51,775 bases of DNA from an uncultured Clostridia bacterium (GCA_944393395.1 CALYAB010000003.1:1-51775); one strand, 5' to 3'. Counted from the stretch's first letter, positions 20,394 through 30,804 are shown. Translations and numbers: made by a program. The notes: generated by a model from the sequence alone, not told the origin.

Positions 20394-22025
20394 TTAGAAA
20401 AATACTAATTTTTTATTTAATTCTTGTAAAGTTGTTTCACCTTTTAATACTTTTTTTATACCATCTACAATCAATGGTCTATAATTTTCTTCTAGTGCCT
20501 TTTTTCTTATTTCCATACTTGAAGCACCTGAAACGATTAACTCTTTTATTTCGTCTGAAATGTTTAATATTTCAAAAATTCCTATTCTGTCATAAAAACC
20601 TGTTCCATTACAATAATCACATCCAAGTGAATCATATGTTTTAAAATCTTTCCATTCTACTTTTTCACCATATTTCTCTAAAATATTATTTATTATATCC
20701 TTCTCTTCTTTTGTAAATTCTCTTTCTCTTTTACATTTTGGGCATATTCTTCTAACAAGTCTTTGTGATATTGCTGTTGCTAATGTACTTGCTATATCAT
20801 AATCAGAAATTCCTATTTTTCTTAATCTATTAATTACTTCTATACTGTCTATTGTATGAATTGTTGATAATACATAATGTCCTGTTTGTCCTGCTTGTAC
20901 AGCTATTTCTGCTGTCTCTAAATCTCTTATTTCTCCAACTAATATAATATCTGGATCTTGTCTTAGTACAGTTCTTAATGCTCCTGCAAATGTATTTCTA
21001 CTGTCAATTTCTATTTGATTTAGTCCTGGTATTCTTATTTCTACTGGATCTTCAATGGTTGTTATATTTATTTCAGGTTTATTTAAGTAATCAATTATAC
21101 TATATAAAGAAGTTGTTTTTCCTTCTCCAGTAGGTGCAGCCATAATTGTAATACTATTTCTTTTATTTATACTTTTTTCAAATTCTTGTTCTTCTCCATA
21201 ATATCCTAAATCAAATATATTTTTAATATTTGCATTTTTCTTTAATAATCTTAAAACAAATTTTTCTCCATATACATTTGGTTGTGAAGAAACACGTATA
21301 TTATAATCTTCATAAAGCAAAATTCTACCATCTTGTGATTCTTGTTTTTCTTGATGCATATTTGATATAGCTTTTAATCTTCCTATTATTTGTTGTTGTT
21401 TTTCTTTATCAATATTTGCTGCTGTAAATAATTCTCCATCTATTCTATATCTAACCCTAACAGATGTAGCCATAGGTTCTATATGAATATCACTTGCTCT
21501 TTTTTCTATACCTGTTTTTATGATACTGTCAACTAAATTTATAATTGTAACTCCTGCACTGTTAATATCTGTAGTTGGCTTTCCTTCTAAGGATTTTAAT
21601 ATTTGTTCTATATCTTTTTCAAAGGTTATATATGTTTCCATTATTAATCCTTTGTTTAAAAATAATAGCCTTATAGCTTCTATACTTCTTTTATTTACAG
21701 TATTTGCAAAACATACTTTTATTTTTCCATTTTCTATCTCAAATGGAATTGCTTTGTTTTTCTTTGCAATATCTAAAGAGATATATTCTGATATGTTTAA
21801 TTTAATACTACTCTTACTTAGTAGTACTCCTTTTTCGCCTAGTATTTCTCCTATCGCAGTTATTAGTACGTATGGATCACATACATCTAACTCATATAAA
21901 CAATCTCCAATTTTTACATTAGGATGTTTTCTTTGATATTCTAAAGCTTTTTCTATGTCATTTTCTTTGACAATCCCTTTTTTTACTAATTCGACACCTA
22001 TAGGCTGTCTTCTTTTTATCTCCAC
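20394..22025 (-). CDS. pilB: PilB/GspE assembly ATPase
   Basis: ASDIHIEP, APTGEGKTT, TIEDPVE, LRQDPD, CPKC...CDYC. Confidence 0.93.
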   Translation of the reverse strand: MEIKRRQPIGVELVKKGIVKENDIEKALEYQRKHPNVKIGDCLYELDVCDPYVLITAIGEILGEKGVLLSKSSIKLNISEYISLDIAKKNKAIPFEIENGKIKVCFANTVNKRSIEAIRLLFLNKGLIMETYITFEKDIEQILKSLEGKPTTDINSAGVTIINLVDSIIKTGIEKRASDIHIEPMATSVRVRYRIDGELFTAANIDKEKQQQIIGRLKAISNMHQEKQESQDGRILLYEDYNIRVSSQPNVYGEKFVLRLLKKNANIKNIFDLGYYGEEQEFEKSINKRNSITIMAAPTGEGKTTSLYSIIDYLNKPEINITTIEDPVEIRIPGLNQIEIDSRNTFAGALRTVLRQDPDIILVGEIRDLETAEIAVQAGQTGHYVLSTIHTIDSIEVINRLRKIGISDYDIASTLATAISQRLVRRICPKCKREREFTKEEKDIINNILEKYGEKVEWKDFKTYDSLGCDYCNGTGFYDRIGIFEILNISDEIKELIVSGASSMEIRKKALEENYRPLIVDGIKKVLKGETTLQELNKKLVFF

Positions 22026-22050
22026 ATTTAAACACCTCTTTCATATAGTT

Positions 22051-22500
22051 TTATTCTACTAAAGTGTATGTTGTTGTTCTTTCAGCATTATCACCTTTTA
22101 TTATAACTGTTATTGTTGTTTTATTACTTTCCGTTCCTAAAGTAAATGAACAACTTTCTATATTTTCTGCAATCTTTACATTATTCATGTATATAGCATG
22201 ATTATTTTCTATAAAAGTATATTGATTTCCACTAGAAAATAAAATATATTTTTGTACTGCTCCTTCAGTACTGCCTTCCAAATCACCTATTCCTGCTACT
22301 TTATTTCCTTCTTTGTTTATTTCTTCTGAAAAATATGAATTAAATTTTGTATATTGCTGATTAAAATCTTCACTTGCGGAATTAACATCAACATTTTTGT
22401 AAAAATATTGTGTCAAAATTGTTATAACTGATACAACAATCAGCATTACAATTACATATATTGTTATAGATATTAATGTTATACCTTTTTCTGATTGCAT
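22051..22500 (-). CDS. Minor pilin-like protein
   Basis: Class III signal MQSEKG|ITLIS plus hydrophobic helix. Confidence 0.8.
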   Translation of the reverse strand: MQSEKGITLISITIYVIVMLIVVSVITILTQYFYKNVDVNSASEDFNQQYTKFNSYFSEEINKEGNKVAGIGDLEGSTEGAVQKYILFSSGNQYTFIENNHAIYMNNVKIAENIESCSFTLGTESNKTTITVIIKGDNAERTTTYTLVE

Positions 22501-22511
22501 ATTTTTTCTCC

Positions 22512-22922
22512 TTAATCATATTTGGTTCTTATTGTTGATAAATCAACTGTCTGAGTAGTATCTCCATCTTTGTAAGATACTTCTACTGTTACTTTTTTTA
22601 CTAAGCCTGATATGATAGAATCATCTTGTTCACTCTGCTCTTCTCTTTTTAAATCTGCATAATCTATTACAGTAATTTTTTCGTAATATCCTGTATCACC
22701 AATATTTTGTTCTGAATTCTGTAAATTATCAAAATTGGTAATTTTGACTTCTTCTATTGCATTTATTACATAATTTGTGGCATCTGCTCTTCTTTCCATT
22801 GAATCTGAATTTTTATTCACATTATATATAAGTACAGCAATTAAAGCTACAAATAATGTAATTAAAATTATTGAAACAGTAACATCTATAGTAGTTATTC
22901 CTTTTTCATTTTTTAAATTCAT
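22512..22922 (-). CDS. Minor pilin-like protein
   Basis: KNEKG|ITTID plus hydrophobic helix; C-terminal KKVTVEVSY. Confidence 0.8.
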   Translation of the reverse strand: MNLKNEKGITTIDVTVSIILITLFVALIAVLIYNVNKNSDSMERRADATNYVINAIEEVKITNFDNLQNSEQNIGDTGYYEKITVIDYADLKREEQSEQDDSIISGLVKKVTVEVSYKDGDTTQTVDLSTIRTKYD

Positions 22923-22980
22923 ATATATTCCTTTCTTAGTTTTACTATTTATATGTCAGAAAAATAGTATGACTTTTCTA

Positions 22981-23796
22981 TTATATAAAAAATTTATACC
23001 AAGCTAATACAAATATCATATTTAAAATATTAGATATTCCCAAATAGAATCCATATCTTATATCTTTTCCATAATTTTTTTCTTCTATTCTTACTCTTTT
23101 TCTTATATTTTTTATTTTATGTAACAATAGATTAAATGCAACCATAAGTGATGTCATTATTATTGTGTTTATTGTTACATATTCTCCTGTAAATATAGCC
23201 ATTGTTGTTGCTGTTAATATAACTCCATGAACATAGCTATTTTTAGCATATTTCTTTAACGTTATTGTATCTAAAATTAAGATTAGAATAATGAATATTA
23301 AATATATGATATATCTATATATACTAGCATTTTCTACTACACATAGATATACTATATATGCTATAGATAATATAATTCCATACATTGATACAGATTTTTC
23401 TACTCTTCTGTTTTCTTTATCTATTCCCATCATTATAAATAGGAAACATAAATAAAGTGCCATAAATGCACCCTCTGCTAGAGTCATATAATTTAAATTA
23501 TCTATTCTTATATCCATCAAATATGCTACTACTAAAAATACAATACCAGATAATATTTCTATAATTAGATATCTTGGTCTTATTTTTTCCTTACAATATC
23601 TACATTTTCCTCTTAGAAAGATATAGCTAAATACTGGTATCAAGTCTAAAAAACCTAATTTATGATTACAATTAGGACAGTATGAATGTGTGTGTGTTAT
23701 ATCTTGTTTTTTTGGTATTCTATATATTGCTAGGGTAAAGAAACTACCAAATAGAGTACCTATTATGAATATTAATATATATAGTAGTATATCCAT
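22981..23796 (-). CDS. pilD: Prepilin peptidase PilD-like (A24 N-domain intact, peptidase domain divergent)
   Basis: GSFF...YRIP, SYCPNC...DLIPVFSY..LRGKCRYC. Confidence 0.85.
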   Translation of the reverse strand: MDILLYILIFIIGTLFGSFFTLAIYRIPKKQDITHTHSYCPNCNHKLGFLDLIPVFSYIFLRGKCRYCKEKIRPRYLIIEILSGIVFLVVAYLMDIRIDNLNYMTLAEGAFMALYLCFLFIMMGIDKENRRVEKSVSMYGIILSIAYIVYLCVVENASIYRYIIYLIFIILILILDTITLKKYAKNSYVHGVILTATTMAIFTGEYVTINTIIMTSLMVAFNLLLHKIKNIRKRVRIEEKNYGKDIRYGFYLGISNILNMIFVLAWYKFFI

Positions 23797-23826
23797 TTTT
23801 TCTCCTCTTAATTTTAGTTTATTTTT

Positions 23827-23860
23827 TAAGGCATATGCATATATTTATGCATATGCCTTA
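23827..23860. terminator. Perfect stem-loop downstream of the major pilin (terminator or mRNA stabiliser)
   Basis: TAAGGCATATGCAT-ATATTT-ATGCATATGCCTTA. Confidence 0.65.
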
Positions 23861-23877
23861 TTATTAAATATTATTAT

Positions 23878-24327
23878 CTATTCGCCTCCAATGCTATTAG
23901 TAGATTCTGAACCTGTTGTCCATGCAAAAGCACCTGTTTCAGCATCAACTGTTCCTTCTGCTACTACTTCCTCACCAAATTTTAATCTCAATGAACCATC
24001 AGTAGTAGAAGCTACATCTGTATACTCTATTGTTACACCATCTACAGTTCCTTCGCAACTATTAATTGCATCTTCAACCTTATCAAGTATATTATCACTT
24101 CCATCGTCAACATATACATTAGCATAATAATTCGTCATTGCTTCATTTACAGCTGTTGAAACTTTTTCTTTTGCATTTGCTATAGCTGTTTCTTTTGATG
24201 ATCTTTGTGCATTTGATAAAATTCCATTATCTCCTGTAAGCATTGCAATTGACACCCCTGCTAAAATTAATAAAACGATAATTGTAATAACTAAAGCTAT
24301 TAAAGTAATACCTCTTTGGTTTCTCAT
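23878..24327 (-). CDS. Probable major type IV pilin
   Basis: MRNQRG|ITLIALVITIIVLLILAGV; SD AGGAGG; followed by strong hairpin. Confidence 0.85.
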   Translation of the reverse strand: MRNQRGITLIALVITIIVLLILAGVSIAMLTGDNGILSNAQRSSKETAIANAKEKVSTAVNEAMTNYYANVYVDDGSDNILDKVEDAINSCEGTVDGVTIEYTDVASTTDGSLRLKFGEEVVAEGTVDAETGAFAWTTGSESTNSIGGE

Positions 24328-24406
24328 TTTGTAAAATCCTCCTTTTCTTTTGAAATAAAATTATATTATAATTTATGTTTTTAAAAAACATAACGTTGAT
24401 AACTAA

Positions 24407-24895
24407 TTATTTTGTTCCTGAATCAGGAAAATACTCTGATCCTGAACTTGTTGTATTTTCTGAAGTAGTTCCGCCAGTCGTACTACCAGAACTTCCTGGG
24501 TTGGTTGTACCATTTGATGTACCCGAACTTGATGAACTACTACCACTACTACTTCCAGAAGAACTACTATTATTTTGTGTTTCTCCTTCTCCAGTACTTG
24601 TAGCTGTGTCATATGATGAAAATGGGTTTGGTTTTCCTGGAACATAAGTATTGATTCTTTCATAATTATTTAAGTCTGTAGCATCTATACTATATGTTAG
24701 TATTACCTGTTCATCATCTACATTTTCACCTTTGCTTATTTCTTCTTTAACTTCTTCTGGTGTTGTATAAGATACTTCATCTGGTACTATTTTATTACTT
24801 GGTACATATTCATATAATAACACCCCAAGAACTAATATTATTGCTAAACATAATAATAACATTATGATTATTTCTTTTATAACTTTTTTAGTCAT
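24407..24895 (-). CDS. Membrane-anchored pilus-locus protein with Ser/Gly/Thr-rich tail
   Basis: TM, GKPNPF motif, position after pilO-like gene. Confidence 0.7.
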   Translation of the reverse strand: MTKKVIKEIIIMLLLCLAIILVLGVLLYEYVPSNKIVPDEVSYTTPEEVKEEISKGENVDDEQVILTYSIDATDLNNYERINTYVPGKPNPFSSYDTATSTGEGETQNNSSSSGSSSGSSSSSSGTSNGTTNPGSSGSTTGGTTSENTTSSGSEYFPDSGTK

Positions 24896-24909
24896 ATCCT
24901 TCTCCTTTA

Positions 24910-25629
24910 CTATTGAGTAGTATTTGAAGTATTGGTACTATTTGTAGTGTTTGTTGAATTACTACTGTTTGTATTAGTACTATTTGTTGAATTTGTATTT
25001 GCAGTATTACCATCTGTTGCATTTTGTGTACTTGTATCAATTGATGATATTCCTTCTATAGGTATATTTTTACATACAAATGTTGCTTGTAATTGTGAAG
25101 TGGATTCTCCAGCTTTCATAGAAAATTCTTCTATTTTAAACGCTAGGTCAGAATCATCTTCTATATCTCTTATAAATTCAGAAATTCCAACATAGCTTCC
25201 TACAGCAGTAAAATTCATGTTATATACATTTTCTCCTCCTGTTCCTGCTGTTAAACCTATATCAATATTAACTCCTTCACTTGTTGCATGTGTTCCAATT
25301 TCTGTCCATAAGAAATCTAAAGTATAATTTGATAATCTACTTGCTGTTTGCACATCACCTGTATCACTAACTGCTACCATTTCGTCATATGATGCTTTTT
25401 CTTCATTTAGTTTTTTCATACTTGCATTTAATTCACTAACTTTACTAGGAAATGTAGAGCTAGCCAATTTTGTAGCTTCAGTGACATTTTCTTCTAGTTC
25501 GGCATTTTTGCTTTGTATTTGATTTATTCCTAAAATACTAAAATTTCCAATTGATATTCCATTTATAATTGTAAAAATAGTTAATGCCAATACAAGTGCT
25601 ATTAATATTAAAATTAATAATTTTTTCAT
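24910..25629 (-). CDS. PilO-like alignment protein
   Basis: TM + coiled coil + GSYVGISEFIRDIE (PilO-like); overlaps pilMN stop. Confidence 0.65.
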   Translation of the reverse strand: MKKLLILILIALVLALTIFTIINGISIGNFSILGINQIQSKNAELEENVTEATKLASSTFPSKVSELNASMKKLNEEKASYDEMVAVSDTGDVQTASRLSNYTLDFLWTEIGTHATSEGVNIDIGLTAGTGGENVYNMNFTAVGSYVGISEFIRDIEDDSDLAFKIEEFSMKAGESTSQLQATFVCKNIPIEGISSIDTSTQNATDGNTANTNSTNSTNTNSSNSTNTTNSTNTSNTTQ

Positions 25630-27245
25630 GGTAAATCTCCCTCTATTTTTACTTTTATTATATTATTTTCTTGTTGACCTGATGTAGAAATTACATTTGT
25701 AAGATATAGTCCTGTTTCTAATTTAGCTTTAAACATACCTAATTGTTCATATTTATTTGATTGTGCTTCTATTACTATATGTGTTCCTGTAGTATTTTGA
25801 ATTGATGTTATTTGCACATTTTCTGGTATTATATACATTATTGAATTTAATAAATTAGGTATCGCGTCTCTTGTTTTACTTGCATCTGTAAGTCTATCAT
25901 TTAAGTCTTGTAAATTTTGAATCATTTCAGTATAATCATTTGTTCTTGAATCTATTTTTGATTTATCACTATCTACTAATTGAATTTGAGCCGTAGTATT
26001 ATTTATAGATTCTTGAACTTGCGAATCTTTTTTATCCATTTGATTTTTTAATAATACTGAAAAAACACTATATATTACTAATAGTAAAATCAAGCCGGCA
26101 GCTGTTCTTAATAAACTAATTTCAGTCTTATCTAGTTTTTCCCCTAAATCATTTGTAAACCATCCTGAAGTTGCAAGTTTACTTTTCTTTTCTTTTCCTG
26201 GTGTTACTTCTATTTTTAGCCAATCTGGAATCTTATCATTAAAAGTTTGTTTTTTAAAGTTGATTCCTTGTATTCCTTGTCCTAACCCTGACAAAGCTAG
26301 ACAAACAGCTGAGTTTACTTCTATATAGTCTTGAATATTTATATCATTTGTTTGACTTATAAAGTATGGTTTTAAAATTTCACAATCGACTTCACTTAAA
26401 TATTCTTGAAAATATAAGTCTAAATTGTTAATTAATGTTGCTGTTCCTGTTAAATATACTTTGCCTATCCTTTCTTCACTTTCATTTATTATTTTTCTAA
26501 CTTGTCCAACTATATTGTATAATGTTGGCATTATATCTTCTAAATATCCTACTTCTGTGTCTTGAAGATCTTTCCCTTCAGAAGTATATATTGTAGTACT
26601 TTTACATATTTCATAAGATTTTGATAGTGAATTTTCTTTAAGATTTATTTTTCTTAAAAAATCTTGACTTCCTTCTTCTAACACATCAACATTATATACA
26701 TTTTCATCTATTATTGTTGTAATTGTGGTATTTTGTTCTATATTCACAATTAAGTAATTTTCTTTTGGTTTTGTTTCTATCAAATTTGTTATTGCCATAG
26801 AAAGAGGAGTTATACTCGCTAATTTATGTTTTTCTAAAGCTTGAACTTTTTTGGTTAGTTCTATTTTGTTTGCTGCAATATGGATAACTTTTAGTTTTTC
26901 TTTATCTTCTGGGTTTTGTGAGATTACATATCTTGTTTCAAGTGCATTAGGATTATATCCTTGATCTGTGCAATACATTTCGAATTCTGTTTTTATTGCC
27001 TTTGATAAATCCTTATTACTTAGCATAGCAAACATATTGTAATAATTATAAATTTCCCCTGATAGATTTATACTTATTGGTGTTTTATAACTATATGTTT
27101 CCTCTACAATTTGGTCAATTGCTTTTGCTAAATCGTCATAAAATTTAACCCCAAAAGTTTCTACTTTTATTTTTTCTTTTTCTTTCGAAACTTTTGCATA
27201 TTTAATTATATTGTCTTCTACATATAACCCTAAACAGTTAGCCAT
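25626..27245 (-). CDS. pilM: PilM-PilN fusion protein
   Basis: LGLYVEDNIIK and VYLTG actin-like domain, then TM, coiled coil, IPENVQITSI (PilN). Confidence 0.8.
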   Translation of the reverse strand: MANCLGLYVEDNIIKYAKVSKEKEKIKVETFGVKFYDDLAKAIDQIVEETYSYKTPISINLSGEIYNYYNMFAMLSNKDLSKAIKTEFEMYCTDQGYNPNALETRYVISQNPEDKEKLKVIHIAANKIELTKKVQALEKHKLASITPLSMAITNLIETKPKENYLIVNIEQNTTITTIIDENVYNVDVLEEGSQDFLRKINLKENSLSKSYEICKSTTIYTSEGKDLQDTEVGYLEDIMPTLYNIVGQVRKIINESEERIGKVYLTGTATLINNLDLYFQEYLSEVDCEILKPYFISQTNDINIQDYIEVNSAVCLALSGLGQGIQGINFKKQTFNDKIPDWLKIEVTPGKEKKSKLATSGWFTNDLGEKLDKTEISLLRTAAGLILLLVIYSVFSVLLKNQMDKKDSQVQESINNTTAQIQLVDSDKSKIDSRTNDYTEMIQNLQDLNDRLTDASKTRDAIPNLLNSIMYIIPENVQITSIQNTTGTHIVIEAQSNKYEQLGMFKAKLETGLYLTNVISTSGQQENNIIKVKIEGDLP

Positions 27246-27446
27246 CTTTTGCTCCTTCTTTTATATTTCTTAACAATATTTTTTACATATTATAAAATTT
27301 GATACTTGAATTATTTCTAAAATAACACAATTTTTAACAATACTTCTATTTAATTCTAATTTATTTTATCATTATTCCATCAAAAAGCAATACATTTACT
27401 ATAATTGTTATGCAATTGTAAACTCTATGTAATATTTTTGTAATAT

Positions 27447-28784
27447 TTACTTTTTTTGTAATTTACATATAAAAAATCCATCACTTTCTTTATTAGGAAT
27501 TAAGTTCAATATTGCTTGATTTTTTTGGCTTTTTGTAAAATATTTATAATTTTCTCCTACTATTTTTGAATATTCAAATTCTTTATTTTTTTCTAGAAAT
27601 TTTTCTATAATATCTTCATTTTCCTCCTTAAAAATACTGCATGTTGAGTATACTAATTGTCCACCTTTTCTTAAATATTTAGAACATGTTTCTAAAATTT
27701 TCTTTTGAATTTGCGTAATCTCTTTAATATCTTCCTCTTTTCTTTTCCATTTTATATCTGGTTTTCTCTTTAATACACCTATTCCTAAACATGGTACATC
27801 TAATAATATTTTGTCAAACTTCTCCTTATATTCTTCTTTATATATACTTGCATCCTCACACTTTGCTTTTATTATATTTATCCCTAATCTTTCGGCATTT
27901 TCTTCTACTAAACCAACTCTATGTTTATATAAATCCCATGCATGTATCTCACCATTATTTTTCATCAATTCAGCCATATATGTAGTTTTACCTCCAGGGC
28001 TACTACATGCATCTAATATTTTTTCTTCTTCTTTTACATCCAATACTAACGCAATTATTCCTGCACCTTCATCTTGAACTGTAAAATATCCATTTTTAAA
28101 TAAATCTAAATTTTCTATATTTTTTACTTTATTTAAAATTAAAAAGTCATCCATCGTCCCTTGGGTATATTCTATATTTCTTTCTTTTAATAATCTTTCT
28201 AACACTTCCTTTTTTATTTTTAATCTATTAACTCTTACTGTTACTTTTGGTCTTATGTTAGAAGCATTACATATTTCTTCAACTTGCTCTATAGTATTTT
28301 CTTCTAGCAAACGTTCTACTATCCAAATTGGCATAGATGTAGTTTTAGATATTCTTTCAACATCATCTTTTATATTAAACAATTCTTTATAATCATTGTC
28401 ATTTACTTTTCTTAATATAGCATTTACAAAATTAGAACTACTTTTGTGTCCATATCTTTTTGCTAAATTTACACTTTCATTAACAGCTGCTGATTTAGGT
28501 ATTTTATCTAAAAATACAATTTGATAAATCCCCATTCTTAGTATATTTAAAATCCATGGTGAAATTTTCTTTAATCTTATTTTTGAATATTTTTTTATTA
28601 TTTCATCTAAAGTTAATTTCCATGTAGTTACACCATAAACTATTTCTGATATTAAACCAACATCTCTATCATCTAATTTATTTCTTTTTTCTTTCAAAAA
28701 TTCTTTTAATACTATATTTGAATATGCTTCTTGCTCGTTAATTTTATATAATGTTTTTAATGCAATTTCTCTTATTTTATCCAT
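27447..28784 (-). CDS. rsmB: 16S rRNA m5C967 methyltransferase RsmB
   Basis: NusB-like N-domain, VQDEG, DACSSPGGKT, LLDVPC, YSTCS. Confidence 0.95.
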   Translation of the reverse strand: MDKIREIALKTLYKINEQEAYSNIVLKEFLKEKRNKLDDRDVGLISEIVYGVTTWKLTLDEIIKKYSKIRLKKISPWILNILRMGIYQIVFLDKIPKSAAVNESVNLAKRYGHKSSSNFVNAILRKVNDNDYKELFNIKDDVERISKTTSMPIWIVERLLEENTIEQVEEICNASNIRPKVTVRVNRLKIKKEVLERLLKERNIEYTQGTMDDFLILNKVKNIENLDLFKNGYFTVQDEGAGIIALVLDVKEEEKILDACSSPGGKTTYMAELMKNNGEIHAWDLYKHRVGLVEENAERLGINIIKAKCEDASIYKEEYKEKFDKILLDVPCLGIGVLKRKPDIKWKRKEEDIKEITQIQKKILETCSKYLRKGGQLVYSTCSIFKEENEDIIEKFLEKNKEFEYSKIVGENYKYFTKSQKNQAILNLIPNKESDGFFICKLQKK

Positions 28785-28854
28785 ATTTATTCACATTTAT
28801 CCTTTTATTTTTTTCTTATTATATAATTTAAATTATATTTTTTCTACCTTTTTT

Positions 28855-28883
28855 GTATATTTTTTTATATTCTGGAAAAAATG
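28855..28883 (+). promoter_or_regulatory. Possible forespore (SigF/SigG-type) promoter for dodecin-spoVA
   Basis: GTATA-N14-GGAAAAAATG resembles the SigF consensus; AT-rich background weakens this. Confidence 0.3.
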
Positions 28884-28915
28884 ATTTTATAGTTCAAATA
28901 AATGGAGGTTTATAT

Positions 28916-29143
28916 ATGGATATTAAAAAACATTTAATTATTACTGGTAATTCTACTGTTTCTTGGAAAGATGCTATTGTTAAAGCTGTTGCAGAAGCAT
29001 CTAAGACTATTGATTATCTTTCTGGAATAAAAATCATAGAACAAAGAGCAACTATTAGTGGAGATAAAATTTCTGAATATTTTGTTGATTTAGACATCTC
29101 TTTTTCAATTGATTTAAATAGAAAAGATAATAAAGATGCTTAA
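28916..29143 (+). CDS. Dodecin family protein
   Basis: GNSTVSWKDAI..AV.EASKT...I.EY.V; start after SD GGAGG. Confidence 0.85.
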   Translation: MDIKKHLIITGNSTVSWKDAIVKAVAEASKTIDYLSGIKIIEQRATISGDKISEYFVDLDISFSIDLNRKDNKDA

Positions 29144-29182
29144 TTTTGTTATAATTTAATTTTTTTAGAAAGGACTCTTGTT

Positions 29183-29650
29183 ATGGAAAATCCAACAGAA
29201 ACAAAAAAAACTTATCAAGATTATGTTGATAAAAAATCACCTAATTCTCCTATATTAAAGAATTGTTTTAATGCTTTTTGGGTTGGAGGATTAATTTGTA
29301 CTCTTGGTCAAATTATTCTTAATATTTGTAAGGATCGTGGATTTGATACCCAAATTTCTGGTACAATTGTTTCTATTTTATTAATTGGGTTATCTGCTTT
29401 TCTTACTGGATTAAATATTTTTAATAAAATTGGAAAAATTGCTGGTGCTGGTTCACTAATCCCTATTACAGGTTTTGCTAACTCAATAGTTTCTCCTGCA
29501 ATGGAGTATAAATCTGAGGGGTATGTTATGGGTGTTGGCGGAAAAATGTTTACTGTCGCTGGACCTGTTTTAGTTTTTGGTATATCAACATCTATATTGG
29601 TTGGTATTATCTATTTAATTTTTAACACGCAAAATATAACTTTAGTTTAA
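29183..29650 (+). CDS. spoVAC: Stage V sporulation protein AC
   Basis: AFWVGGLIC, AGAGSLIPITGFANS, MFTVAGPV. Confidence 0.95.
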   Translation: MENPTETKKTYQDYVDKKSPNSPILKNCFNAFWVGGLICTLGQIILNICKDRGFDTQISGTIVSILLIGLSAFLTGLNIFNKIGKIAGAGSLIPITGFANSIVSPAMEYKSEGYVMGVGGKMFTVAGPVLVFGISTSILVGIIYLIFNTQNITLV

Positions 29651-29669
29651 TAAAACTATTATATAAAAA

Positions 29670-29777
29670 CCAAAGAGACATGGGGCCAGTACTCAAAATG
29701 TCTCAAGGCTTATTTAGTATATTTAATAATTATTAAAATATTGAGACATTTTGAGTACTGGCCCCATGTCTCTTTGG
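29670..29777. repeat. Perfect 37-bp inverted repeat with 34-nt spacer (REPIN/MITE-like)
   Basis: Arms 29670-29706 and 29741-29777. Confidence 0.9.
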
Positions 29778-29802
29778 CTATTATTCAAAAGGAAGTGATT
29801 TT

Positions 29803-30804
29803 TTGGAAAAAGTAGGAAAACAAACTATAAAATTCAACACTCCACCATCTATTGTAGAATGTGCATCTATTGTAGGTCCTAAAGAAGCCGAAGGCCCACT
29901 AGCCAAATATTTTGACAAAACCTTAGAGGACGAATTTTGGGGTGAAAAAACTTGGGAAAAAGCTGAAAGCAAAATTATTAAAGAAACTGTAAATACTGTA
30001 ATACAAAAAGCTGGAATATCAGCAAGTGAAATTGATTGTATGTTTGCTGGCGATTTACTTAATCAGTGTATTTCTTCTAGCTTTGGATTAAGAGAACTAA
30101 ATATACCTTTCTTTGGTGTCTTTGGTGCTTGTTCTACTTTTGTAGAATCTTTAAGCTTAGGTGCTATTTGTACTGAAAGCTTTGCAAACAAAGTTATATG
30201 TGCTACTTCCAGTCACTTTTGTAGTGCAGAAAAACAATTTAGATTTCCTTTAGAATTAGGAAACCAAAGACCACCTACAAGTCAATGGACTGTTACAGGT
30301 TCTGGTAGTGCAATACTTTCTAAGGATGGAACTGGACCATATATTACACATATCACTCCTGGAAAAATCATAGATATGGGAATTAAGGACGGAAATAATA
30401 TGGGGGCTGCAATGGCTCCGAGTTTTGCAGATACTCTAATTACACACTTTTCAGATACAGGCAGAACTCCTAATTATTATGATGCTATTATTAGCGGAGA
30501 CCTAGGATATATAGGAAAAGATATTGCAATTGACTTGCTAAAAGCAAATGGATATAACATAAAAACTAATTATAATGACTGTGGTGTTTTAATTTTTGAC
30601 AAAGAAAATCAAGATACTCATAGTGGCGGTAGTGGTTGTGCATGCTGTGGTACTGTTTTTTCTGGATATTTCTTCAAACAATTAAAAGAGAAAAAAATAA
30701 AAAAACTGTTATTGATTGCAACTGGTGCCTTAATGAATTCTACAAGTTCTCAACAAGGAGAATCTATTCCTGGTATTGCACATGCAGTAAGTATTGAAAT
30801 TTAA
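29803..30804 (+). CDS. spoVAD: Stage V sporulation protein AD
   Basis: TTG start; GPKEAEGPL, AGDLLNQC, GACST, NMGAAMAP, GGSGCAC. Confidence 0.96.
   Translation: MEKVGKQTIKFNTPPSIVECASIVGPKEAEGPLAKYFDKTLEDEFWGEKTWEKAESKIIKETVNTVIQKAGISASEIDCMFAGDLLNQCISSSFGLRELNIPFFGVFGACSTFVESLSLGAICTESFANKVICATSSHFCSAEKQFRFPLELGNQRPPTSQWTVTGSGSAILSKDGTGPYITHITPGKIIDMGIKDGNNMGAAMAPSFADTLITHFSDTGRTPNYYDAIISGDLGYIGKDIAIDLLKANGYNIKTNYNDCGVLIFDKENQDTHSGGSGCACCGTVFSGYFFKQLKEKKIKKLLLIATGALMNSTSSQQGESIPGIAHAVSIEI

Noticed and set aside
25626-27245. PilM-PilN fusion as novel
   Set aside because: Fused pilMN is already known in clostridial T4P loci
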